The position numbers were made by a program, and so were the translations under genes. DNA of 64,000 bases from a virus. Below, piece after piece: positions 47,149 to 56,477 of this stretch (position 1 is its first letter; the number at the start of each line of letters is the position of its first letter). Below the pieces are notes generated by a model, which was not told the DNA's origin, made no database searches, and saw only the letters and a program-made list of their open reading frames with translations. The stretch is from IMG/VR virus record IMGVR_UViG_3300010885_049871, positions 1-64,000 of that record. One strand, written 5' to 3'.

Positions 47149-48359
47149 ACATACCACATGATACTTTTTGTGTACTACCTTGGATCAGCTTAGAAGCAAG
47201 TCCGGTAGGAACAGTCCGGCCTTGTTGTTTGGCAATGGACGAAATTGCAGACAACAACGGCAACAAATATAAGTTGTCCAACACCAGCCTGGTAGAAATA
47301 CAAAACAGTACAGCAATGAAAACGCTGCGTGAAGATTTCCTTGCTGGTAAAAAACCACAAAACTGCCGGCGTTGTTGGAACGAAGAACGTGCCGGACGTA
47401 CAAGTAAACGTATGCATACACTGGAAAGACTCAAGCACATGATTGACAGCAATGTATCTTGGACCACGGATGCAATGCCACTGATGTTTCTTGATCTAAA
47501 ATTAGGAAACATTTGCAATTTGAAATGTCGTATATGCGGATCTTGGAGTAGTAGTCAGTTTGCAGCAGAAGAAATCAAATTTAATCGTCATGAAGAAACC
47601 CGCAGCAGTTTCGCTTATCAGATGTTGAAAGACGGCGCATGGCCCAGGGAAAGTGCTGAATTTTGGGCAGACTTGGATCGACATCTGGACAACATTCGTT
47701 ACATTGAGTTCACTGGTGGTGAACCATTCATGATCAAAGAACATTTTCAACTGCTGCAAAAATTAGTAGATACAGGTCGCGCTGCACAAGTTGAAATACA
47801 CTACAACACCAATGGCACACAGTACCCCGAAGAAGGTGAAGCAATTTGGAAACATTTCAAACATGTGGAAATTGCACTGAGCATTGACGATGTTGAACAC
47901 CGATTTGAATATCAGCGCAGCAATGCAGTCTGGGCCGATGTGGTCGAAAATACAGAACGCTTTAGACAACTACGCAGTCGCAACAACAACATTACATTGC
48001 AGGCTTGTTGCACCATTAATGTGTTCAATGTGTATTATCTTGAAACAGTTGCCGACTGGCTAATACAACAAAAGTTTGATTTTATATATTGGAATATGAT
48101 GCATGATGCCTATTACTTCAGCATCAGTACACTGCCCGAAAGAGCCAAAACAGTAATTACAAAACAATTGACCTTGGCTGATGTTCCGGCCAAAATACTG
48201 TCAGAATTTGTCAGCGCCGCAGAATTTATGAATCGTGGCAACAGTTTAGATGGACAATTGTTACGAATGAACATACAGGACCTTGACCGTAAACGACAAC
48301 AAAATCTAGCAGATGTAGAACCCGAGTTTGCAGCATTAATTGATTATGTCAAAGCCTGA
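47145..48359 (+). CDS. Radical SAM protein with N-terminal twitch motifs
   Basis: CVLPW..PCC..CRRCW, CNLKCRIC, TGGEPF, YNTNG, SID. Confidence 0.88.
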   Translation: MNIPHDTFCVLPWISLEASPVGTVRPCCLAMDEIADNNGNKYKLSNTSLVEIQNSTAMKTLREDFLAGKKPQNCRRCWNEERAGRTSKRMHTLERLKHMIDSNVSWTTDAMPLMFLDLKLGNICNLKCRICGSWSSSQFAAEEIKFNRHEETRSSFAYQMLKDGAWPRESAEFWADLDRHLDNIRYIEFTGGEPFMIKEHFQLLQKLVDTGRAAQVEIHYNTNGTQYPEEGEAIWKHFKHVEIALSIDDVEHRFEYQRSNAVWADVVENTERFRQLRSRNNNITLQACCTINVFNVYYLETVADWLIQQKFDFIYWNMMHDAYYFSISTLPERAKTVITKQLTLADVPAKILSEFVSAAEFMNRGNSLDGQLLRMNIQDLDRKRQQNLADVEPEFAALIDYVKA

Positions 48360-49638
48360 AACACTATGTATGGCGCCGTGGACTCACACTTATTTAAGTC
48401 CGCAAACTGAACGCAGAATGTGCTGTGCCAGCCGAGAGCCCGCACAAAGTTTTACACAGTACATTGATACCCAAGCTGGCACAGGCCGATACACTCCCAT
48501 TACACTGGATCAACACTGGAACAGTGAGCATATGAAGAGTGTGCGCCGTCGTATGATGGCCGGAGAAACACTGCCAGAATGTGATGTATGCAACAACAAA
48601 CTGCTGAATACCAATGTTTACCGTAGCTATTTCTGGAGTATGTTCAAACATAAGTACTCTAGCATTTGGGAAACTACCAATGACGACGGCAGCACCAGCA
48701 TGTTGCCAGTCAGTTGGGACTACAGATTCAGTAACTTATGCAATTTCAAATGCCGCATGTGCGGTGACATGTTGAGCAGTGCATGGGAAAGCGAACAGCG
48801 CCAGCACAACATGATTGATTGGTCCAACTCAAAGAACAATTGGATGCAAACTGAGGTCAGAAAGGATATCTCCCGGTTTCAAGATCAACAAATTGAAGCA
48901 GAATTTGCGCAGGCTGTTGAAGAACACCGCGTTGAAGAAGTGTATTGGGTTGGTGGCGAGCCTTTGATGTACGAACAACATTGGCGCTATATGAAACGCA
49001 TTGTTGAACTTGGAGATGGGCATAAAGTTTATGCGAGATATAATACTAACCTTTCGAGAATTAATTATCGTGGTGTCGATCTCTTTGATGGGATTCTACA
49101 TGGCCTTCGTGATTGGCAAATCTGTGCGAGCCTCGATGGCACACAACGCATTGGTGAATATATTAGAACAGGCCTTGACTATGCTGGCTGGCGCAAAAAT
49201 TACGATAGAGCAGTTGCAGCAAGAACTAACAGACGCCAGGTTAGAATCGACTTCACTCTTACCCTGCCGGGAATGTTTGAAATTGAAAACATTGTGCAAC
49301 TTGCACAACAAACAGACACCGACATCTTAGCAAAAGTGGTATTTGCGTTTTCTCCGGACATTGTAATGAGCCCGTTGGCCTTGCCGCGGCGCCTGCTTGA
49401 TCCGTGGCTGGATGAGTTAATAGACTCTTGCTCAGATGCAATGCAAGATATTCTGGTGCAATTAAAAACCCGGCCAACCTTTGAAGAACAATGGCCAGAC
49501 ACTTGGCAAGCAGGCCTTGTTCAAGGCAAGCAGCGTGTGTTAAAGCTAGAACAAATTCGCGAAGATAAATTTACAATGGCCGATATACTAGCAGGGCGTC
49601 CTGATGTATTAAAATGGTGGAATCAAATTGACTGTTAA
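48346..49638 (+). CDS. Radical SAM protein with N-terminal twitch motifs
   Basis: CMAPW..MCC..CDVC, CNFKCRMC, VGGEPLM, SLDG; ATG at 48346. Confidence 0.88.
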   Translation: MSKPETLCMAPWTHTYLSPQTERRMCCASREPAQSFTQYIDTQAGTGRYTPITLDQHWNSEHMKSVRRRMMAGETLPECDVCNNKLLNTNVYRSYFWSMFKHKYSSIWETTNDDGSTSMLPVSWDYRFSNLCNFKCRMCGDMLSSAWESEQRQHNMIDWSNSKNNWMQTEVRKDISRFQDQQIEAEFAQAVEEHRVEEVYWVGGEPLMYEQHWRYMKRIVELGDGHKVYARYNTNLSRINYRGVDLFDGILHGLRDWQICASLDGTQRIGEYIRTGLDYAGWRKNYDRAVAARTNRRQVRIDFTLTLPGMFEIENIVQLAQQTDTDILAKVVFAFSPDIVMSPLALPRRLLDPWLDELIDSCSDAMQDILVQLKTRPTFEEQWPDTWQAGLVQGKQRVLKLEQIREDKFTMADILAGRPDVLKWWNQIDC

Positions 49639-50731
49639 AATTGTACTACGCAATCCGTTGAAACACAGTGATCAGGTCGACTATACCATACTACCTGCAG
49701 ACAATGCATTGGCACAAGATTGGATACCTGCTCTCAAAACACTGTTACAATCTGGCAACCTGCTGGAAAAAAACTTTTGTTTTATGGGATTTTCCAAAAC
49801 AGCTCGCACACTTGATTATCTGTGTGGCGAAGTTAACCAAGCTGCCAGTGTAATAAACAACTTCTTTGGTGACTACAAAATTGAAGAAACATACTTGCCT
49901 GCCAATGTCACGACAACCGGCCCATGGTCACAAAATCCTGATAAAATTGTACAACATGTCAATCATGACATGTTAAACAGGCTTCACAACCACTTTGAAG
50001 TGCTGCAAGGTACTGTAAACAATTTAAGCAACTACTACCAACGGGCCGACTACAACACCAAGTACGCTATAAGACAATTGAACAATGTCTGTCACGAAAT
50101 GGAGTCGTTGATACTCAGTCGGCGCAAAGCAGACACTACGCCGTATTGGGTGCGCCCCAGTCAAATTACTACATTCTTAGCAGCAGCTCGCTATGATCTA
50201 AAACCTGCACATAGATCGGGCTTTGTAACCAACGGATATGACCGAGTGTTAGGTGGTGTTTACATGCACTGGGCACAGATAGGCAAAACACTATTTGAAG
50301 TGTTTCGTGACGAACATGCGCCAGCACTCACTGCAACAGTATGCAAAGCTATTACAGAATTAAAATATTACAGCGGTGAGTTTGATATAGAATGGGGAAA
50401 CGATGTGGTTTACGACGGCGATCAACCTTGGCATAATGATCAACAAGACGAATTTAAAAAATGGTTAATTGCCAATGGTCGCGACCCGCAAGATTCAGCG
50501 TTGAGTTTAGGATACCTACCCGTTGGTCAAGTGCAGTTACAGCAAAGTTTTGGCACAACTGATTATCAAGCCATTTGGGATATACTGAGTTTACACTTGG
50601 ATATATACAAGATAGAAATAGACGGTGTCGCCAGCACATTTGATTACTGCTGGACTGACGTGGATTACAAGCAAAAACAAATTGATATGATGCGGCCTGG
50701 CTATGACTATTCATCAAGGAAAACAACATGA
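49628..50731 (+). CDS. Hypothetical protein
   Basis: 367-aa ORF in the operon (TTG start); LNRLHNHFE and N..CHE.E His/Glu helices; no family recognised. Confidence 0.7.
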   Translation: MTVKIVLRNPLKHSDQVDYTILPADNALAQDWIPALKTLLQSGNLLEKNFCFMGFSKTARTLDYLCGEVNQAASVINNFFGDYKIEETYLPANVTTTGPWSQNPDKIVQHVNHDMLNRLHNHFEVLQGTVNNLSNYYQRADYNTKYAIRQLNNVCHEMESLILSRRKADTTPYWVRPSQITTFLAAARYDLKPAHRSGFVTNGYDRVLGGVYMHWAQIGKTLFEVFRDEHAPALTATVCKAITELKYYSGEFDIEWGNDVVYDGDQPWHNDQQDEFKKWLIANGRDPQDSALSLGYLPVGQVQLQQSFGTTDYQAIWDILSLHLDIYKIEIDGVASTFDYCWTDVDYKQKQIDMMRPGYDYSSRKTT

Positions 50732-50829
50732 ACTGGATTAAAAATTTAATTGGCCGTATCCGCTTAGAAATACGCTATCGTAAAAAACTCAAAGAACTTC
50801 GCAAACGAGATCCGTTTATCTACAAATGA
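50728..50829 (+). CDS. 33-aa basic micro-protein (MNWIKNLIGRIRLEIRYRKKLKELRKRDPFIYK), below the ORF-track cutoff
   Basis: ATGA overlaps at both ends (50728-50731 and 50826-50829). Confidence 0.75.
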   Translation: MNWIKNLIGRIRLEIRYRKKLKELRKRDPFIYK

Positions 50830-52340
50830 AATTAAAAAAGTATTTGGGAATCAGCGCCGGCTATCACGATGCTGCTGTCAGCATGATCGACTCTTACGGA
50901 TCTGTTCTGTTTGCTGGTCATGCAGAACGCTATAGCAAGAGCAAGAATGACGCACACCTAAATGATGAATTAGTGGCAGCAGCACTGAGTCACGGCACAC
51001 CAGACCAAGTGGTCTACTACGAACGTCCATGGATCAAAAAACTACAACAACTTTACTCCGGGCAATATCATGAAGCGTTTGATCTTAATTCTTTTACTCT
51101 TGGTCAGTATCTCCGTAAACATCTATCTGCTGGTCCACATCTCAGCACTTTACTACATGCTGAACACTGTTACACAGGACACCATGCTGCCCACGCCGCC
51201 GCGGGATTTCAGACCAGCCCCTACAACAGAGCCACAGTGGTTGTGATAGATGCTGTAGGAGAACTAGACACCATAACCATTTGGGGCGCTGAATACAACT
51301 CCGCAGGCCGAGCAACTTATAAAAAACTTTGGTCCCGCGGATATCCGCACAGTATAGGATTGTTTTACAGTGCAGTCACTGCTCGAGTGGGTCTTAGGCC
51401 ATTAGACGAAGAATACATTCTAATGGGCATGGCTGCGTACGGACAAAACAATATCAGCAATCGACTACGCTACGATCTCGTCGACCATGAATATGAAATT
51501 CGGTTTAAAGAAAATTTACACGCAGGGCTCGAAGCCAAGTATCTAAGTGATTATTCGGACTTTGACATTGCAGCGGCAGCACAAAGCCTGGCTGAAGATC
51601 TTATTTTGAATGTAATGTTTCGTGCAAAAAAATTGGACTGGAGCAACAATCTAGTGTATATGGGTGGTGTTGCTCTTAACTGTAGTGCCAATCGACTTAT
51701 TGGAAATTATTTTGACAATATTTGGATCATGCCAAGCCCGGGCGATAGCGGCAGCAGTCTTGGTGCCGCAGCATTGGCCCACGGTGGCCGTATTAATTGG
51801 ACGGACGCTTTCTTGGGTGACAGCATTGGTGGTAAATATCCTGTTAATGCTATTCTGGACACACTGGTTACAGACCGCATTGTGGGCGTGGCCTCAGGCC
51901 GTGCAGAATTTGGGCCGCGAGCACTGGGCAATCGCAGTTTACTAGCAGATCCGCGTGGCCCAGATATAAAGGATCAAGTGAATGAGATCAAACGCAGACA
52001 ACAATTCAGACCATTTGCGCCAGTTATCCTTGAAGAATACGCTGATCAGTATTTTGATATGCCTAGGGGTTTCAGCAACAGTAGGTATATGCAGGCAGTC
52101 GCTGTCTGCCGCCATCCTGATCTTTTTCCTGCTATTGTGCATCATGATGGTACTAGTAGAGTGCAGACAGTTCCTGCGGATGGTTCAGGCATTAGAGAAC
52201 TACTGGAAAAGTGGTTTGTAATGACTGGTTGTCCCATGCTGCTGAACACCAGTCTTAACATACGCGGAGAGCCCGTGGTAAATGACAGATCCGACGCTGA
52301 TCGCTTTGAACAATTGTACGGAGTAAAGGTCCATTCATAA
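50826..52340 (+). CDS. Carbamoyltransferase, NodU/CmcH/TobZ family
   Basis: GYHDAA, ERYS..K.D, HH.AHAA, IDAVGE, MGMAAYG, GGVALNC, EFGPRALGNRS, FRPFAP, HHDGTSRVQTV, LLNTSLN..GEP. Confidence 0.95.
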   Translation: MKLKKYLGISAGYHDAAVSMIDSYGSVLFAGHAERYSKSKNDAHLNDELVAAALSHGTPDQVVYYERPWIKKLQQLYSGQYHEAFDLNSFTLGQYLRKHLSAGPHLSTLLHAEHCYTGHHAAHAAAGFQTSPYNRATVVVIDAVGELDTITIWGAEYNSAGRATYKKLWSRGYPHSIGLFYSAVTARVGLRPLDEEYILMGMAAYGQNNISNRLRYDLVDHEYEIRFKENLHAGLEAKYLSDYSDFDIAAAAQSLAEDLILNVMFRAKKLDWSNNLVYMGGVALNCSANRLIGNYFDNIWIMPSPGDSGSSLGAAALAHGGRINWTDAFLGDSIGGKYPVNAILDTLVTDRIVGVASGRAEFGPRALGNRSLLADPRGPDIKDQVNEIKRRQQFRPFAPVILEEYADQYFDMPRGFSNSRYMQAVAVCRHPDLFPAIVHHDGTSRVQTVPADGSGIRELLEKWFVMTGCPMLLNTSLNIRGEPVVNDRSDADRFEQLYGVKVHS

Positions 52341-52888
52341 TGGCCAAATTTACACAAGTAGATGATCGTGGTAGACTCTGGCAAGTTGATGACTTGTTAC
52401 CCCGAGAACAAGCGGATGAAATAGTCAGCACGGACTGGTCCACCATGGCTACTAGTTTAAGCAGTGGGCAAGAATCTTGGCCCCGTCAACAAATCAATTG
52501 GGACGATGCCACTGCTCGGCGTTACAGCGGATACATCAATCATTGCTTGCCTGAAATTAATGCTGCACTGGGCACAGAGTTTAAATCAATGGGCGGCCAT
52601 TTCTGGATAGATGTTCCGGGGTTTGATGTTGCAATGCACACCGACGGACATGTACCTAACAGTATGCAGTTGTATTGGACAGTGCCCAGCGAAGCTTATG
52701 GCACTGGATTTTATCGTTATAAACACCCAGAGAGCCTGTTGTATCAATTTCTAAGCCGACCCAATTCAGGCTATATCATGCTTAACCATCTGGCCGAAGA
52801 CGGCAGTCAACCACTACTTTGGCACGCTATGCTTAATCCTGTGCCAGAAGGTACCATTAGAGTTTCTAGTTACTGGCGTTTTACTTAA
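52340..52888 (+). CDS. 2OG-Fe(II) oxygenase-like protein
   Basis: HTD (HxD), G.GT.FY, distal WH, terminal R.S.Y. Confidence 0.7.
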   Translation: MAKFTQVDDRGRLWQVDDLLPREQADEIVSTDWSTMATSLSSGQESWPRQQINWDDATARRYSGYINHCLPEINAALGTEFKSMGGHFWIDVPGFDVAMHTDGHVPNSMQLYWTVPSEAYGTGFYRYKHPESLLYQFLSRPNSGYIMLNHLAEDGSQPLLWHAMLNPVPEGTIRVSSYWRFT

Positions 52889-52896
52889 AATAAATT

Positions 52897-53673
52897 ATGA
52901 AACTACCGTTTATAACAGCAGTTGTACTTGTGGCTAGCAGCTGGGCAAATGCCGCAACCAGTGTTTGGGTCTACAATCAAACCCAGGATGCAATTGTGCT
53001 AAATCAACAAGCCAATACTGTTAGACCCATTGCATCTATTACCAAACTGATGACAGCAATGGTGGCTCTGGATCATGATCCGGTGTTGAGTCGCAGTGTA
53101 AAACTTAGTGATCGTGTGGGCAGCAAGTTGCCACCGGGTCAGTACACACGCCGACAGTTGTTTGATGCCATGCTGGTCAGCAGCAATAATGCAGCAGCAG
53201 AAACATTGGCACAAGACTATCCCGGTGGACGATCAGCGTTTGTTCAAGCAATGAATCGTCGTGCCAGTGGCCTGGGTATGACAAGCACTCGATTTCAAGA
53301 TCCGTCAGGACTGAGTCGAAACAATGTGGGCACTGCGGGGGACATGGGCACCTTGGTCACAACTGCCGGCAAGTATGCACTGATCCGAGAAATCAGTGTG
53401 CAACGACAGATTCAAATTGAATCACATTTTAAAAAACGCATTCGGGTAATTTCTTTGCCCAACACCAACCAGCCTCTGTTGTTTGATTTTGATAACATAC
53501 ATGTTAGTAAAACAGGATTTACTAATCCAGCCGGTTGGTGTGTGGCATTGTTGGTAGAAAAAAACAAACAGACGTTTGCTATAGTAGTGTTGGGTGCTGA
53601 AAACAAATCCAAGAGATTAGACACAATAAAAGATTTGATGTACAATCACATCAGTGACACAATAGAATTCTGA
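52897..53673 (+). CDS. D-alanyl-D-alanine carboxy/endopeptidase (peptidase S11, PBP7/PbpG-like) with signal peptide
   Basis: SxxK (ASITKLMT), SxN (SSNN), KTG (SKTGFT..AG.C); N-terminal hydrophobic leader ending ANA. Confidence 0.9.
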   Translation: MKLPFITAVVLVASSWANAATSVWVYNQTQDAIVLNQQANTVRPIASITKLMTAMVALDHDPVLSRSVKLSDRVGSKLPPGQYTRRQLFDAMLVSSNNAAAETLAQDYPGGRSAFVQAMNRRASGLGMTSTRFQDPSGLSRNNVGTAGDMGTLVTTAGKYALIREISVQRQIQIESHFKKRIRVISLPNTNQPLLFDFDNIHVSKTGFTNPAGWCVALLVEKNKQTFAIVVLGAENKSKRLDTIKDLMYNHISDTIEF

Positions 53674-54665
53674 GAGTTTTTTTGTCCGCAAGTGTCATTG
53701 CAAATTTTTAAACGCCCGTCAGCAAATGTGGGCTTGCTCCAAGACTCTGACACATGGTTGAACCACTCAATGCATGTGGCCAAATCATGCTCATTGGCAT
53801 TGTTGTGTTCAATTAGGTCTTTGTATTGATAATTTTCAGGTTTGTTAAACTCTTTGGGGTTGTAGCCCATGTGGCAGCATGGATAAACTCCGCCAGTGCT
53901 GTCAACATACACTGAGCGCATGGCCTGAACTTCGCACACAATAGGATCATTGATTTTGCCTGTGAGCATAACAGGCATGGCAGGCCGCCGAGTCCGCCCG
54001 TCTAACAATTGAGTTAAATCAACCTTGCCAATTTTGCCCATGGTGTACACCAGTTTGCCGCGATTGTTGAACACCGGTGAATTGTTGCTGGATCGGCCTG
54101 GCTGTAGAAAAAACATTTCAAACCCCAATTGTTTACTTAATTCTTCGGCTTCTCCCAGTTGGTGTGCATTATGATCAAACTCTATCATTTTCCATACAGC
54201 TCTGCCACCGTTGTTGATTACAGTCTGTGCATTTTTAATCACAGTGGAGAACACAGTATTTTGTCTATAAATGCTGTGAGTGTCTTCAAGACCGTCGATG
54301 CAGAAAAAAATCTGTACTTGTAGTTCAGCCAGTCTGGTCCAGAACTGTTTGTCTCTTGCACCACCATTGGTGGATATATTGATACGGATATTGGGATTTT
54401 GTTCTAAGAAATATTCTATAATTGGCACAGTGTCCGGGTTCATTACAGCATCACCAAAATTAACATTGATAGACATGCCTGTTAACTGTTGTAAAAAATC
54501 TGGTTGAAATATTTGTTTGGCTTCAGCCAAGGTCATGTTGTGTTCAACATACCCTGCGTTGAATGGATATCCATGTAGATTCCGCGGACACAACGGACAA
54601 CTAGCATTGCAGTAACTAGAAATTTCCAAGTGTAGATGTCGTACATCCTCAATGCGGTAAATCAT
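53646..54665 (-). CDS. Radical SAM protein with C-terminal SPASM/twitch Cys motifs
   Basis: CNASCPLC, STNGG, IDGL, C...VYPCC...CNDTC; ATG at 54665 (MIYRIED) preferred. Confidence 0.85.
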   Translation of the reverse strand: MIYRIEDVRHLHLEISSYCNASCPLCPRNLHGYPFNAGYVEHNMTLAEAKQIFQPDFLQQLTGMSINVNFGDAVMNPDTVPIIEYFLEQNPNIRINISTNGGARDKQFWTRLAELQVQIFFCIDGLEDTHSIYRQNTVFSTVIKNAQTVINNGGRAVWKMIEFDHNAHQLGEAEELSKQLGFEMFFLQPGRSSNNSPVFNNRGKLVYTMGKIGKVDLTQLLDGRTRRPAMPVMLTGKINDPIVCEVQAMRSVYVDSTGGVYPCCHMGYNPKEFNKPENYQYKDLIEHNNANEHDLATCIEWFNHVSESWSKPTFADGRLKICNDTCGQKNSQNSIVSLM

Positions 54666-55681
54666 AGATAACTTTCTAATCCACCTTTTCTTGTTAGATC
54701 TTGTGTGCAACAGCTGATACCGCCGTCCCAGAAATAACTGTGCCTTAGTTCGCTGATGATGGGATTGATCTTGTGTTTTTTGCAAAAATCAAAAACATCT
54801 CTGTTGTATGCACTAAAAATAACATTTTGTTCGTCCAACACCAAACAGTTGACATCAAACACTGTTTCGGCAACAAAACCAGTCCATTTGTTCAAGTAAG
54901 TGTTTACAAAGTCTGTAAACTCTGCTGTGGGTGTCTGTCCTTGCACATACCATGCACCCGGGCTTTGTTCGTATTTGAATTTGCCTATTTCCATTGCAGC
55001 CCAGATGCTGCTATCCCAAATTTTTAGCACTTCCCACCCAGGAAAGTCTGTGGCAAGATGTAGCTGTGCATCATGCTTACTGGATAAGATCACACCAGGT
55101 TTGAGAATAGCAAACACTGCATCTCCGTGTCCGTCTGTGATGGCTTCATGTATGCGATACTCCGGGCCAAGACAATTGTCAACAATCCATCGTGTTTGTT
55201 CAGGTTTTAAGTAATCACTATTGTCAAAGAACACATCACGGCCCACACGCACAATACAACTAGCGCTTGCGCCGTTCAATATACAATCTGGATTCCAATC
55301 TTTTCCATGCGGGTTAACAACTTGATCAGCATACTCTGCACAAATGTCGTCTAGTTCTTGTATTGGTAAAACACGCAATAGCTTTTGACCAAGACTAATT
55401 TGCCAGTCTCTGGGTGTCAACGGCGGCAACGGTGCACCTTCGCCGTCGGACTGTTGTTGTTGGAATTCGTGTATATCTGGAAGATTTGGCCTTCTGACAC
55501 GAGCACCAAATGTTTCGATTGTCTTTTGTAGGTTGTTTAAATCTTCTTCGGTTTCACTTAGAATTTGTTGTAGTTGATTGCGCACCTGTGGATCTTCAAT
55601 GAAGTCAAAGTAGTCTGGGCTGTATGCACGACCTACAATAACTTCTTCTAAGGGCTGCCAACTGGTATAGGAATTAATCAT
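54662..55681 (-). CDS. Amidinotransferase (glycine / inosamine-phosphate amidinotransferase family)
   Basis: NSYTSWQPLEEVIVG, PRD, GH.D, FDVN.L, GGISCCT.D with catalytic Cys. Confidence 0.85.
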   Translation of the reverse strand: MINSYTSWQPLEEVIVGRAYSPDYFDFIEDPQVRNQLQQILSETEEDLNNLQKTIETFGARVRRPNLPDIHEFQQQQSDGEGAPLPPLTPRDWQISLGQKLLRVLPIQELDDICAEYADQVVNPHGKDWNPDCILNGASASCIVRVGRDVFFDNSDYLKPEQTRWIVDNCLGPEYRIHEAITDGHGDAVFAILKPGVILSSKHDAQLHLATDFPGWEVLKIWDSSIWAAMEIGKFKYEQSPGAWYVQGQTPTAEFTDFVNTYLNKWTGFVAETVFDVNCLVLDEQNVIFSAYNRDVFDFCKKHKINPIISELRHSYFWDGGISCCTQDLTRKGGLESYL

Positions 55682-55694
55682 ATTTTATTTAATG

Positions 55695-56477
55695 TTAGTT
55701 AAGTACGACAAGATTATTTTTAGTCAAATAAGGTAAGAGCACATCACGTGTCCAGTTGAAATGAGCGTCAGGCGAAGGGTGATGATCGTGTGGTATACGC
55801 ATCTTATTTATAGAGGCATACTCTCCTAATGTTAATAGATTTGCCATTAATTGTTGATACCTTATACCCAACTTAGGATCAGTTAATATACGTTTATCTA
55901 CAGTAGAATCCCATTCTAAGAATACAAATTTAAAATTTAAATTAGCAAGATAGTTGGCCAGCGATATTATTTTTATAAAAGAATCAAATACTTGTGCGTT
56001 AGAATCAATTAACGTAAGATATTGTTGGCATAATAATGTTACATTTTTGTCAGGCTGCTGCCCACTCCAAGTCTTCAAATCAGATTTCATTGACCCAATT
56101 CGTAATGAAGATAATTGATTATTATATAGATGGGTCTCCATGTTACTCCATGATTTAACTACATCGACACTAGCTGTGATATCGACTCTTTCGAGCCCGG
56201 ACCACATAATAATCACAAGTGTGTTATCCGGGGATATAGTTGCATTAGTTTCTATTTCGTTGATGATACTATTAAATGTATGATTACATCCTGAACCTGG
56301 TTGACTACAGTCTAATACAGTATCAAACTGAGCAAGATCTCTAAGATAATAAGGCCAGGTGCATAAGTGTTCTTCTGAATTATTCCAAGTATAGCTACAT
56401 CCACTTACTAATAAATTTGTGTAAGGTGTTTGGTAAATTGGTGAAAACACGCGGGCAAGGTCTCGTTGTTTAGACAT
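55695..56477 (-). CDS. SGNH-like protein, AT-rich
   Basis: VSGCSYT, TWP..L, PGSG.N, IMWSG..R, C-terminal DHHP...H. Confidence 0.5.
   Translation of the reverse strand: MSKQRDLARVFSPIYQTPYTNLLVSGCSYTWNNSEEHLCTWPYYLRDLAQFDTVLDCSQPGSGCNHTFNSIINEIETNATISPDNTLVIIMWSGLERVDITASVDVVKSWSNMETHLYNNQLSSLRIGSMKSDLKTWSGQQPDKNVTLLCQQYLTLIDSNAQVFDSFIKIISLANYLANLNFKFVFLEWDSTVDKRILTDPKLGIRYQQLMANLLTLGEYASINKMRIPHDHHPSPDAHFNWTRDVLLPYLTKNNLVVLN

Noticed and set aside
54666-54785. Upstream extension of the radical SAM ORF 53646-54785
   Set aside because: It overlaps the amidinotransferase by about 120 nt; ATG at 54665 gives a normal ATGA coupling.
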